Assembly (NCBI GenBank): GCA_046292385.1
Contig: JBKBRF010000053.1
Coordinates: forward strand, 1-44,048
Source: Armatimonadota bacterium
GTDB lineage: Bacteria > Armatimonadota > SYMT01
Length of the DNA stretch: 44,048 bases
Direction of reading: 5' to 3'
How positions within the stretch are numbered: position 1 is the stretch's first letter; each line of letters starts with the position of its first letter. This document shows positions 1-9,157 of the stretch, piece after piece. The notes below the pieces were generated by a model. The model had not been told where the DNA came from and searched no databases. It saw only the letters and a list, made by a program, of their open reading frames with translations. Both the position numbers and the translations under genes were made by a program.

Positions 1-120
1 GGAGAGGGCTCGCCCGCGAGTACGACTATCTACCGGAAACCACGGAGGCGAAGATCCTGCTGGCGATGAGCCGGCTGATGCTCAACCGGCTAACTGTATG
101 ACCGACTACCGTACACCCTC
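1..120 (+). mobile_element. Right end of an IS5-family (IS1031-like) insertion sequence, truncated by the window edge
   Basis: Frame 3 (3..101) reads RGLAREYDYLPETTEAKILLAMSRLMLNRLTV*, matching the typical IS5 transposase C-terminus (RRLxRDYExLPExSEAxIxLAMxRLMLRRL). It is followed by an IR-like end ...ACACCCTC (to 120) and TCA, a plausible TNA target duplication. Confidence 0.8.
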
Positions 121-123
121 TCA

Positions 124-160
124 GGGAAGGGGGTCGGGGGGTTAGGCCGCGCCGAAGTGC
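124..160. repeat. Right half of a REP-like palindromic element
   Basis: The reverse complement of 137-160 (GCACTTCGGCGCGGCCTAACCCCC) matches 43625-43648 at 23/24 nt. GGGAAGGGGG (124-133) corresponds to the inner stem arm. Confidence 0.65.
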
Positions 161-206
161 TGGGTCTCCGGTGATCCTTATGCCCCGCACGGTTCGGCTT
201 TTGCCT

Positions 207-1109
207 TCAGGAGACTTCGTTCCGGAGCTGGCCGATCCCCTCGATCTCCACCTCCACCACGTCGCCCGGCTGTAGGAGCCGTCCGCTCGCATTGCCCACG
301 CCCGAGGGCGTGCCGGTGGCGATCAGGTCGCCCGGCTCCAGGGTGACGAACCGGCTGATCCAGGCGATCACTTCCGGGACGGTAAAGACCATCTCCGCGG
401 TGGTGGAGTCCTGCCGCACCTCGCCGTTCACTCGCGTGCGCAGCCGCAGCGCGTGCGGGTCGTGGATCTCATCCTTGGTAACCAGCCACGGGCCGCACGG
501 CGCGCCGGTGTCGAGCCACTTTCCGACGAGCCAGTCGAAGAACCGGTCGCGCTCCCGCTCCGCCCGCGGCGGCTCCTTGGAGGGAAGCGCGCGCTCGGAG
601 ATGTCGTTCAGGATCGTGTACCCGGCCACGTAGCGGTAGGCCTCGTTCTCCGGGATGTCGCGCCCGCGCTTGCCGATCACCACGGTCAGCTCCCCTTCAT
701 AGTCGAGCTTCCGGGCGAGCTGCGGGTACCGGATCGCTTCCCCGCTGCCGATCAGCGAAGTGGAGGGCGGCTTCAGGAAGAAGTACGGGTAGGTCTCTTC
801 CTTGGGAAAGACCTGCCGTCCCCCTTCTTTCACGTGTTCCTGGTAGTTTCCGGCGAGCGCCAGCAGCTTCCGCGCCTGCGGCACCGGGGCTTTGAGCCGC
901 ACCTCCGCCAGCGGCCGGATCGGCCCGGCCAGCGCCTCCCCCCTCTCCGCCCGCTCCAGTGCGGAGAGCACCACCGACATTGCGATCTCACCGGCCTCCA
1001 GCAGCGCCAGCGCGGTCGGGTAGACGTTCGTCACGTCGAGCACCCGCTCGGCCGACATCAGCACACCCAGGCGCACCTGGCCATCGATCGTGAAGGAGAG
1101 TATCCGCAT
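207..1109 (-). CDS. Fumarylacetoacetate hydrolase (FAH) family protein
   Basis: Motifs GNYQEH, FFLKPPS, LDYEGEL, GYTILNDIS, GPWLVT and TLEPGDLIATGTPSGVG. Confidence 0.92.
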   Translation of the reverse strand: MRILSFTIDGQVRLGVLMSAERVLDVTNVYPTALALLEAGEIAMSVVLSALERAERGEALAGPIRPLAEVRLKAPVPQARKLLALAGNYQEHVKEGGRQVFPKEETYPYFFLKPPSTSLIGSGEAIRYPQLARKLDYEGELTVVIGKRGRDIPENEAYRYVAGYTILNDISERALPSKEPPRAERERDRFFDWLVGKWLDTGAPCGPWLVTKDEIHDPHALRLRTRVNGEVRQDSTTAEMVFTVPEVIAWISRFVTLEPGDLIATGTPSGVGNASGRLLQPGDVVEVEIEGIGQLRNEVS

Positions 1110-1429
1110 CGTCCGTACCTCGTGAAAGCTCGATTCCGCCCGACCCGGTTAAGCGGCGGCCCCGGTACGTTGTATCCTCCCCGCGCACAGTCGGCGCCCG
1201 CTTCTTTGCGCCCGGCGGCACCGCGATCGAGCTACCCACCGGTTACCGTCCTTACCCGGTCATTGAATGAGAAGCTCTTGCGGTCGCGCTGCGGATCAAT
1301 CCCGCAATCCCGCATAAAAGCCGCGCGAGCCGGGTATGCAGGGCAAGCTTGAGTGCCAACCTGCTGGTCTCCACAGGGGCACGGCCTGCCTCGGCGTCCT
1401 GGCGCCCGGGGTCCGCTCACAGGAGTTCG

Positions 1430-2620
1430 ATGTCTCGGTATCGCATTGCTCTCATCTCCTCTACCGCCGAGGTAGAGCGTCTGATCGGGATGGCTGCTGA
1501 CCCGTCGCGGGGACCTTCAGCGGAGGAGTCGCCGGCTCCGAGCTGGCCGCTGGTACACGCTCGGACCGGCGGGATCACCCACGCGGTGGCCGTGTACGAT
1601 GAGGAGCGATTGTCGCTGGTGCTGCCTTACGTGCCCCAAACGCTGGAGCTACCATGCCGCCTCGGGTACGCCACCGTGGCGAGCTTCCGGCTTGCGGCGC
1701 TGGAGATTCCGGGCCCCGCCTTTGCCGGGGCCCGGGAGCCGGAAGCGCTGGAGCTGGCGCTGGCGGCGCTGCTGGAGAAGAATCCGAATGCCTCGCTCTA
1801 CCTCTCCAGCCTGCCGGAGGCGGCGCCGGTCTGGCGCCTGCTGCGGGAGTCGCCCGGCATCCGACGGCACGGCTGGACCTACCTGCCCTACGGGAGCGCG
1901 GAATACTGGCTGCTGAAGCTGGAGCCGGATTTCGACTCCTACCTCTCCCGCTTCAGCGGCCGGAGCCGGCGTAAGCTGCAGAACACGGTGCGGCGGCTGG
2001 AGAGCGTGGAGGGAGAGGTGAGCGTTCGGCGGATCGCGCGAGCCGATGAGGTTCCGCCGCTCCTGCAGCACGTGGAGCGGGTGTCTCACCGGAGCTGGCA
2101 GGGGACTCGCCTTCGAAGAGCGGTGCGGGCCTCCCGGGAGATGGCGCTCCGGCTTACGGCGGAGGCGGAGCGGGGCTGGCTGCGGTCGTACGTGCTGCTC
2201 CGTGGAAAGGAGCCGATCTCGTTCGTGCTGGGCCGCCAGGTGGAGCGTGTTTACTACTACGACCAGGTCGGCTACGACCCGGAGTGGAGCGACTACTCCC
2301 CCGGAAAGGTGCTGCTCTACCGTCTCCTGGAAGATCTACATCAGCACGATCCGCCGGAGTGGCTCGACTTCGGCTACGGCGATGCGGAATACAAGCGGTT
2401 CTTCGGCACGCACCACGAGCGGGTGGTAAATACCTACCTGCTCCGCAAGAGACCGCGGCCGGCGGTGGCGCTGAGCATCCACGCCACCTGCGCCGGGACC
2501 TCCGAGGTAGTCCGCAGCCTGCTGGAGCGATTCAACCTGCGTTCGAGAGCCCGCCGCCTGCTCCGCGGCTTCCCGGCCGCGCGGCCCGGAGCGCCCGGCC
2601 GGGAACGAGGAACGACTTGA
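1430..2620 (+). CDS. GNAT-family acetyltransferase, CelD/BcsL-like
   Basis: FDSYLSRFSGRSRRKL, GYDPEWSDYSPGKVLL and LDFGYGDAEYK are typical of this GNAT subfamily. Start placed at ATG 1430 after AGGAG. Confidence 0.8.
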   Translation: MSRYRIALISSTAEVERLIGMAADPSRGPSAEESPAPSWPLVHARTGGITHAVAVYDEERLSLVLPYVPQTLELPCRLGYATVASFRLAALEIPGPAFAGAREPEALELALAALLEKNPNASLYLSSLPEAAPVWRLLRESPGIRRHGWTYLPYGSAEYWLLKLEPDFDSYLSRFSGRSRRKLQNTVRRLESVEGEVSVRRIARADEVPPLLQHVERVSHRSWQGTRLRRAVRASREMALRLTAEAERGWLRSYVLLRGKEPISFVLGRQVERVYYYDQVGYDPEWSDYSPGKVLLYRLLEDLHQHDPPEWLDFGYGDAEYKRFFGTHHERVVNTYLLRKRPRPAVALSIHATCAGTSEVVRSLLERFNLRSRARRLLRGFPAARPGAPGRERGTT

Positions 2621-2622
2621 GA

Positions 2623-2714
2623 AGGACGGAGTGCAGAGGGCGGAGTGCAGAGGATCGAACCCTCCGGACCCGAGCGGTTCGGGATTCCGCACTCCGGCCT
2701 CTGCACTCCGTCCT
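2623..2714. repeat. Long inverted repeat between convergent genes; likely bidirectional terminator
   Basis: AGGACGGAGTGCAGAGG (2623-2639) pairs perfectly with CCTCTGCACTCCGTCCT (2698-2714). CGGAGTGCAGAGG occurs twice in the left arm. Confidence 0.7.
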
Positions 2715-2717
2715 CGG

Positions 2718-3893
2718 CTACAGCGCCGCGGTGGCGGCTTCCAGCCGGTCGATGCCCTTCTCGATCGCTTCCATGCTGGTGGCGTAAGAGAGGCGGATGT
2801 GCTTCGGCATGCCGAAGCCGCTGCCGGGGATCACCGCGATCTTCGCCTCATTCAGCAGGTACTCCGCCAGCGCGTCACCGTCCGGATACTTGTCGTTCAC
2901 CAGCGCCTCCACGCTCGGGAGCACGTAGAAGGCGCCTTCGGGCGTGACGCAGGTGATCCCGCGGATCGAGTTGAGCCGGCCGACGATGTAGTCGCGCCGC
3001 TTCTCGAACTGAACCCGCATCTGCTCCACGCAGTCCTGCGGCCCCCGCAGCGCCGCCACGGCGCCGAATTGCGCGAAGCTGGTCGGGTTGCTGGTGCTCT
3101 GGTCCTGGATCCGGCCCATGGCGGCGACGATCTCCATGTCGCCGGCCAGCCAGCCGAGGCGCCAGCCGGTCATGGAGTAGGCCTTGGAGAAGCCGTTGAC
3201 CACCAGCGTCCGCGCCTGGATCTCCGGTCCGAAGGATGCGATGCTGACGTGCTGCCGGCCGTAGGTGAGGTGCTCGTAGATCTCGTCGCTCAGCACCAGG
3301 AGGTCGCGCTCCACCGCCAGATCGGCGATCTTCCGGAGCTCGGTCTCCTCGACCACCGCGCCGGACGGATTGCTGGGCGAGTTGAGGACGATCAGCTTCG
3401 TCTTCGGCGTCACCGCCGCGGCGATCGCCTCCGCCGTCACCTTGAAGCCGTTCGCCTCCGGTGCGTCCACGATCACCGGCACGCCGCCCGCGAGCTTGGC
3501 CTGCTCCGGGTAGCTCACCCAGTACGGCTGCGGGATGATCACCTCGTCGCCCGGGTTCAGCACCGCCTGGAACAGGTTGTAGATGCTGTGCTTGGCGCCC
3601 GCGGAGACGATCACCTGGCCCGGCTGGTAGCTCAGGCCGTTCTCCCGCTGGTGCTTCTCGCAGATCGCTTCCTTCAGCGCCGGGATGCCGGAGGAGGGCG
3701 TGTACTTCGTCATCCCGCGCTGGAGCGCCTCGATCGCGGCCGCCTTGACATGCTCCGGCGTGTCGAAGTCCGGCTCGCCGGCGGCGAAGCTGATGACATC
3801 CACGCCCTGTGCCTTCAGCGCGTTGGCGCGGGCGGTGATGGCGAGAGTGGGCGACGGGGCAGCGTTGCGCGCGCGTTCGGAGAGGCGGGACAT
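2718..3893 (-). CDS. PLP-dependent class I aminotransferase (aspartate aminotransferase-like)
   Basis: GEPDFDTP, NSPSNPSG, SDEIY, NGFSKAYSMTGWRLG (PLP lysine) and IRLSYAT. Start assigned to MSRLSERA at 3893. Confidence 0.93.
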   Translation of the reverse strand: MSRLSERARNAAPSPTLAITARANALKAQGVDVISFAAGEPDFDTPEHVKAAAIEALQRGMTKYTPSSGIPALKEAICEKHQRENGLSYQPGQVIVSAGAKHSIYNLFQAVLNPGDEVIIPQPYWVSYPEQAKLAGGVPVIVDAPEANGFKVTAEAIAAAVTPKTKLIVLNSPSNPSGAVVEETELRKIADLAVERDLLVLSDEIYEHLTYGRQHVSIASFGPEIQARTLVVNGFSKAYSMTGWRLGWLAGDMEIVAAMGRIQDQSTSNPTSFAQFGAVAALRGPQDCVEQMRVQFEKRRDYIVGRLNSIRGITCVTPEGAFYVLPSVEALVNDKYPDGDALAEYLLNEAKIAVIPGSGFGMPKHIRLSYATSMEAIEKGIDRLEAATAAL

Positions 3894-3921
3894 GGCGAGA
3901 TCCTTTGCAGGCGAAAGAGAC

Positions 3922-3978
3922 AAAAAGAAACGGCGGCCTCCGCACCCCCGAATGGGGGCTTCTGCCGGAGTGCCGCCG
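3922..3978 (-). terminator. Rho-independent terminator-like hairpin after fabF
   Basis: On the minus strand a CGGCGGC...GCCGCCG stem is followed by TTTCTTTTT. Confidence 0.65.
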
Positions 3979-3994
3979 CTGTAAGTAACGTTTC

Positions 3995-5239
3995 CTAGGA
4001 AATGAAGCGGCGGAACACGAGGGTCGCGTTGTGCCCCCCGAAGCCGAAGCTGTTCGAGATCGCGACCTCCGGCTGGAGCTCACGTTTTTCGTTCGGCACG
4101 TAATCGAGGTCGCAGTCCGGATCCGGGTTCTCGTAGTTGATGGTCGGCGGCACCACGGCGTCGCGGAGCGCCTGGACGCAGAACATGCCTTCCACCGCCC
4201 CGGCGGCACCGAGCAGGTGGCCGGTCATCGACTTCGTGCTGCTCATCGGAAGCTGGTAGGCCCGCTCGCCGAAGAGCGACCTCACCGCGGCGGTCTCGTT
4301 CCGGTCGTTCGGGCCGGTGGAGGTGCCGTGAGCGTTGACGTAGCCGACCTCTTCCGGAGCCACGCCGGCATTCGCCAGCGCCGCCTTCATCGCCCGCACC
4401 GCGCCGGCCCCTTCCGGCGCCGGCTGGGTGATGTGGTAGGCGTCCGCGCTCATGCCGTAGCCCACCAGCTCCGCCAGAATGGTGGCGCCGCGGGCGCGGG
4501 CAAACTCCAGCTCTTCCAGGACCAGGATGGCGGAGCCCTCGCCCATCACGAAGCCGTCGCGCAGCGCGTCGAACGGGCGACTCGCGCGGGCCGGCTCGTC
4601 GTTCCGGGTGGAAAGGGCGCGGCAGGCGGCGAAGCCGGCGATACCGAGCGGTGTGATCGCCGCCTCAGCGCCGCCGGCCAGCATCGCGTCCGCGTCGCCG
4701 CGCCGGATTACCTCCAGCGCGTCGCCGATCGAGTGCGTGCCGGTGGCGCAAGCGGTGACGATACAGCTATTTGGGCCGCCGAGGCCGAACCGGATCGAGA
4801 CCTGGCCGCTCGCCATGTCGCAGATCATCATCGGGATGAAGAACGGGCTCACCCGGTCCGCTCCCCGATCCAGATAGGTGGAGTGCTCCCGCTCGAGCGT
4901 CTCGATACCGCCGATGCCCGAGCCGATGATGACGCCGATCCGGTTCCGGTTCTCGTCGGTCACTTCCAGGCGCGCGCTGTCGATCGCTTCCTGGGCCGCC
5001 GCCACCGCGAACTGGGTGAAGCGGTCCATCTTGCGCGCTTCCTTGCGCTCGACCCACTTCAGCGGGTCGAACCCCTTCACTTCCGCGCCGAAGCGGACCG
5101 GAAGCGAAGACGCGTCGAAACGCTCGAGCGGCGCCACGCCGGACTTGCCGGCCAGCACTGCCTGCCAGCTCGATTCTGCGTCGAGGCCCACGGGGCTCAC
5201 GCACCCGAGGCCGGTGATGACTACACGTCGCCTGGACAT
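3995..5239 (-). CDS. fabF: Beta-ketoacyl-ACP synthase II
   Basis: RRVVITGLG, TACATG (catalytic Cys), NAHGTST, KSMTGHLLGAAG and SNSFGFGGHN; fab operon context. Confidence 0.97.
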   Translation of the reverse strand: MSRRRVVITGLGCVSPVGLDAESSWQAVLAGKSGVAPLERFDASSLPVRFGAEVKGFDPLKWVERKEARKMDRFTQFAVAAAQEAIDSARLEVTDENRNRIGVIIGSGIGGIETLEREHSTYLDRGADRVSPFFIPMMICDMASGQVSIRFGLGGPNSCIVTACATGTHSIGDALEVIRRGDADAMLAGGAEAAITPLGIAGFAACRALSTRNDEPARASRPFDALRDGFVMGEGSAILVLEELEFARARGATILAELVGYGMSADAYHITQPAPEGAGAVRAMKAALANAGVAPEEVGYVNAHGTSTGPNDRNETAAVRSLFGERAYQLPMSSTKSMTGHLLGAAGAVEGMFCVQALRDAVVPPTINYENPDPDCDLDYVPNEKRELQPEVAISNSFGFGGHNATLVFRRFIS

Positions 5240-5246
5240 AAGACGG

Positions 5247-5483
5247 TTAGGACTTGATCTTCTCGTCGAGATAGTTCACCGCATCCTGCACGGTGGAGAT
5301 CTTCTCGGCCTCTTCGTCCGGGATCTCGATGTCGAACTCTTCCTCGAACGCCATGGTGAGCTCCACCATGTCGAGGGAGTCGGCTCCGAGGTCATCTACA
5401 AACGAGGCCTGCGGCGTCACCTCATCCGGGTTCACGTCGAGCTGCTCCGCCACTACCTTCTTCACACGATCGAACGTCGACAC
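5247..5483 (-). CDS. acpP: Acyl carrier protein
   Basis: [12 protein letters not shown] phosphopantetheine site. GTG start at 5483 with GGAGG upstream. Confidence 0.97.
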   Translation of the reverse strand: MSTFDRVKKVVAEQLDVNPDEVTPQASFVDDLGADSLDMVELTMAFEEEFDIEIPDEEAEKISTVQDAVNYLDEKIKS

Positions 5484-5611
5484 TATCTTACCTCCGTATG
5501 CGGTTTGCATCGGTTGCCCACTCGGGCAGACACGCTCCGGGACCACCGTCCCGTATCACGCCCACCCGCACCCGGGCAGACAAAACATTAAGCCGACCGG
5601 GGCAGTCTATC

Positions 5612-6355
5612 TCAGCCGATGAGGCCGCCATCGACAACCAGTACCTGGCCGGTGACGTAGGCTGCGGCATCGGAGCAAAGGAAGGTCACCACGCCCGCCA
5701 CGTCTTCCGGCTCGCCCAGCCGTCCCAGCGGGATCTGCGGCAGCACCTTCTCCGCCAGGTCCTGCGGGAGCGCCTCCGTCATCCGCGTGCGGATCCAGCC
5801 GGGCGCCACCGCGTTGCAGGTGATGCCGCGGGAGCCGACTTCCTTCGCGGTCGACTTTGTCAGGCCGATGATTCCGGCTTTGGAGGCGGCGTAGTTCGCC
5901 TGCCCCGCGTTGCCGGTAATCCCCATCACCGAAGTGACGTTGACGATGCGCCCGGAGCGCTGCCGCACCATCCGCTTCACGGCGGCCTTGCTGCAGTTGA
6001 AGGTGCCCTTCAGGTTCACCTGGATCACCGCGTCCCAGTCCGCCTCGGACATTCGCATGATCAGGCCGTCTTTGGTGATGCCGGCGTTGTTGACCAGGAA
6101 GTCGATTCGGCCGAGCTGCTCGACGGTCTGCGCCACCAGTCCTTCCGCCTCGTCGGCGGAAGAGACGTCGGCCTTCAGCGCCAGCGCGCGCCGGCCGAGG
6201 CCGCGGATCTCTTCCGCCACCGTCTCCGCCGCGTCGATCTCCCGGCTCACCGCCACCGCCACGTCGGCGCCCGCCTGCGCCAGCCCCAGTGCGATGGCGC
6301 GCCCGATGCCGCGGCCGCCGCCCGTCACCAGCGCGACTTTCCCTTCCAAGCTCAT
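5612..6355 (-). CDS. fabG: 3-oxoacyl-ACP reductase
   Basis: TGGGRGIG, NNAGITKD and YAASKAG. ATGA overlap with the fabH stop. Confidence 0.96.
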   Translation of the reverse strand: MSLEGKVALVTGGGRGIGRAIALGLAQAGADVAVAVSREIDAAETVAEEIRGLGRRALALKADVSSADEAEGLVAQTVEQLGRIDFLVNNAGITKDGLIMRMSEADWDAVIQVNLKGTFNCSKAAVKRMVRQRSGRIVNVTSVMGITGNAGQANYAASKAGIIGLTKSTAKEVGSRGITCNAVAPGWIRTRMTEALPQDLAEKVLPQIPLGRLGEPEDVAGVVTFLCSDAAAYVTGQVLVVDGGLIG

Positions 6356-7371
6356 CGATCCGTCTCCACTCCGTTGGTGCCGGTCCACTTCAGCACGCAA
6401 GAGGCCCACGAAAGGCCGGCGCCGAAGCCGACCATCACCAGCGTATCACCGGCGCGCAGGCGACCCTGAGTGCGAGCCTCGTCGAGCGCCAGCGGAATGG
6501 AGGCGGCGGAGGTGTTTCCGTACCGCTCCACGTTGCTGAAGACGGCGCTCTCCGGCAGGCCCAGCCGCCTGGCGGCGGCGTCGATGATGCGGATGTTCGC
6601 CTGGTGGGGCACGAAGCAGTCGACGTCCGCCACTGAAAGCCCCGCCTGCCGCAGCGCTCGCAGCGTGCTCTCCTCGATGACGCGCACCGCGAACTTGAAG
6701 ACCTCGCTGCCGGCCATCCGGATGCTCTGGTGCAGCGGGTCGTCCGACCCGGTGGAAAGCTCGTGGCCATAGCCGCCCGGCTCCACCGCCAGCAGCGGGC
6801 CGCCGCTGCCGTCCGACCCCAGGTCGAATGCCAGACAGCCCTCCCCCTCCGCCACGGGGCCCAGTACCACGGCGCCCGCGCCGTCTCCGAAGAGCACGCA
6901 GGTAGAGCGGTCTCGCCAATTGGTGATGCGGGAGAGGCTCTCCGCGCCGACCACCAGGACGTGCCGGTAGAGGCCGGTCTGCACGAACTGGGAGCCCACC
7001 GCCAGCGCGTAGATGAAGCCGGAGCAGCCGGCCCCGAGGTCGAAGGCGGCGGCACGGGTGGCGCCGATGCGGTTCTGCACGAGGGAGGCGACGGCGGGGA
7101 ACGGCGCGTCCCCGGTGACCGTGGCGACGATGACGAGATCGATCTCCGCGCCGGAGAGGCCCGCGTCGGCCAGAGCGCGCTCGGCGGCACGGGTGGCGAG
7201 GTCGCTGGTGCGCTCCTCCGGAGCCGCGACGCGCCGCTCCCGGATGCCGGTGCGGGTGACGATCCACTCGTCATTCGTCTCGACCATCCGCTCCAGGTCG
7301 GCATTCGTCAGCACGCGCTCCGGGGCGTAGCTGCCCAGGCCGAGGATACCGGCGCTGCGGAGCGACGGCAC
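6352..7371 (-). CDS. fabH: Beta-ketoacyl-ACP synthase III
   Basis: AGCSGF, LFGDGAGA, PHQANIRI, YGNTSAASIP and GFGAGLSW. GTG start inferred from GGGAGG. Confidence 0.96.
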   Translation of the reverse strand: MPSLRSAGILGLGSYAPERVLTNADLERMVETNDEWIVTRTGIRERRVAAPEERTSDLATRAAERALADAGLSGAEIDLVIVATVTGDAPFPAVASLVQNRIGATRAAAFDLGAGCSGFIYALAVGSQFVQTGLYRHVLVVGAESLSRITNWRDRSTCVLFGDGAGAVVLGPVAEGEGCLAFDLGSDGSGGPLLAVEPGGYGHELSTGSDDPLHQSIRMAGSEVFKFAVRVIEESTLRALRQAGLSVADVDCFVPHQANIRIIDAAARRLGLPESAVFSNVERYGNTSAASIPLALDEARTQGRLRAGDTLVMVGFGAGLSWASCVLKWTGTNGVETDR

Positions 7372-7393
7372 CAGCGCGCCTCCCGCCACCGGC

Positions 7394-8383
7394 CTATCGA
7401 GCAACGTGCTCGCGGATCTTGTCGACGATTCCATGACGTACTGCCTCTCCCGCCGAACGGATAGCGTTGGTCACGGCGGCGCTGTTCGACTTGCCGTGGC
7501 CGATAATGCACACGCCGTTGACCCCAAGCAGGGGCGCTCCACCCCGCTCACCATAGTCGGTCCGGCGCTGAATGCGCTTGAATGCCGGTTTCAACATCAC
7601 GGCGGGGATCATCAGGAGCGGATGCCCCTGCATCTCCTCCTTGATCAGGTCCCGCACGAACTCGGCGACCCCCTCGCCAACCTTCAGTATTACGTTGCCG
7701 GTGAAGCCGTCGCACACCGCCACGTCACACCGGCCGTTGAAGAGGTCCGGGCCTTCGACGTTTCCGATGAAGTGGACCGGCATCCCGCGCAGGAGCCCGT
7801 ACGCCTCGCGGACCAGCTCGTTTCCCTTGCCCTCTTCCTCGCCGATATTGACCAGCCCCACGCGCGGGTCGGCGATTCCCATCACCTCGCGCGCGTAGAT
7901 GCTGCCCATCACCGCGTACTGCGCCAGGCACTCCGGCCCGACGTCGACGTTCGCGCCGGCGTCGAGCAGCACGGTGTGACCGGAGCGGTTGGGGAGGATG
8001 ATGGCGATGGCGGGGCGGTCGATGCCGGTGATGCGACCAAGCTTGAACAGGCTGACGGCCATGCCCGCGCCGGTATTCCCGGCGGAGAACATGGCCGCTG
8101 CCGTGCCGCTCTTAACGAGATCCGCGCACACCACCAGCGAAGCGCCTTTCTTCCGGCGCACCGCCTGGGCGGGGGACTCGTGCATCTCCACGACTTCCGG
8201 CGCGTCCACTAGCTCGATGCGCCGGCGGGCCGTGCTGTCGTGCTTCTCAAGGAGAGGCTTGACCTGTGCCTCTCGCCCTACCAGAAGCAGGTCCAGGCCG
8301 AACTCCTGGGAGGCTTGGACCGCGCCGTCCACGATTGCAGCCGGCGCGTGGTCGCCCCCCATGGCGTCTACGGCGATTCTCAC
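7394..8383 (-). CDS. plsX: Phosphate acyltransferase PlsX
   Basis: IAVDAMGGDHAP, SAGNTGA, LDAGAN, NIGEEEGKG, CDGFTGN and GHGKS. Confidence 0.97.
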   Translation of the reverse strand: MRIAVDAMGGDHAPAAIVDGAVQASQEFGLDLLLVGREAQVKPLLEKHDSTARRRIELVDAPEVVEMHESPAQAVRRKKGASLVVCADLVKSGTAAAMFSAGNTGAGMAVSLFKLGRITGIDRPAIAIILPNRSGHTVLLDAGANVDVGPECLAQYAVMGSIYAREVMGIADPRVGLVNIGEEEGKGNELVREAYGLLRGMPVHFIGNVEGPDLFNGRCDVAVCDGFTGNVILKVGEGVAEFVRDLIKEEMQGHPLLMIPAVMLKPAFKRIQRRTDYGERGGAPLLGVNGVCIIGHGKSNSAAVTNAIRSAGEAVRHGIVDKIREHVAR

Positions 8384-8386
8384 CCG

Positions 8387-8629
8387 CTACTCCTGCGGCG
8401 TTTCGGTGCCTTCCGAGCTCGGGGCGGTCTCTTCCTCGGCGCGCCGGCGGGCCCGGACGTCGATCACCATCCGGTTGCCGTAAAAGCCGCAGGTGGGGCA
8501 AACGTGGTGCGGAAGCCGCGGCGCGTGGCAGCGGGGGCAGTCGACCACGTTGGGAACAGTGAGCTTGAAGTTGGCGGCCCGGCGGCGCGAAGTGCGCGCG
8601 TGGGACGTCTTACGCTTCGGTAATGGCAT
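8387..8629 (-). CDS. rpmF: 50S ribosomal protein L32 (zinc-binding type)
   Basis: PKRKTSHARTSRRR, CPRC...HHVCPTCGFY; lies between yceD and plsX. Confidence 0.96.
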   Translation of the reverse strand: MPLPKRKTSHARTSRRRAANFKLTVPNVVDCPRCHAPRLPHHVCPTCGFYGNRMVIDVRARRRAEEETAPSSEGTETPQE

Positions 8630-8800
8630 GCCAGACTAACCTCGCTCCGGCGCCTTCCCGGCGAGCGGAGCCCCTGGATAGAAACAGTAGAATTCGACCC
8701 GCGGCCGAACCGGGGTAGGGTTCGCCGGCTCCCTGAAGGAGCGGCAGCCGCAAAACCCACTTATTCTAGAACACCGACTGCGGGAAGTCCAGGGCTTCGA

Positions 8801-8888
8801 GAGGGATGAGGGATGAAGGATGAGGGATGAGACCCAAACCTTCCGTGTACGGCAGTTCTTGCTCCTGCTCTTACTCCTGCTCCTGCTC
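8801..8888. repeat. Short tandem repeats (GGATGA[AG] heptamers; CTCCTG-type hexamers)
   Basis: GAGGGATGAGGGATGAAGGATGAGGGATGA at 8801-8830 and TCTTGCTCCTGCTCTTACTCCTGCTCCTGCTC at 8857-8888. Confidence 0.7.
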
Positions 8889-9157
8889 GCTGGCGAACAG
8901 GTGCTCCGCCACGTCCCCGGAAGCTCGGTCCAGGCGGCGGGATAGTTCGGTTGAGCATTAAGGTGCGGAGTGAACTCCGCGGGTTGGTTCGCGCTTTGCG
9001 AGGGGGTAGCGTGTAGGTCTGCGGCGACGGGAAACTGCGGTGCGAGGAGAGCGATCGCCGGCCCCGCCCATCAGCTGCCGAACAGTGGCGAGAGCAAGCG
9101 AGAGGAGCAGCCGTACACGAACGGTGCCCAGCCCGCGGAAGACCTACGCGCTACCCG

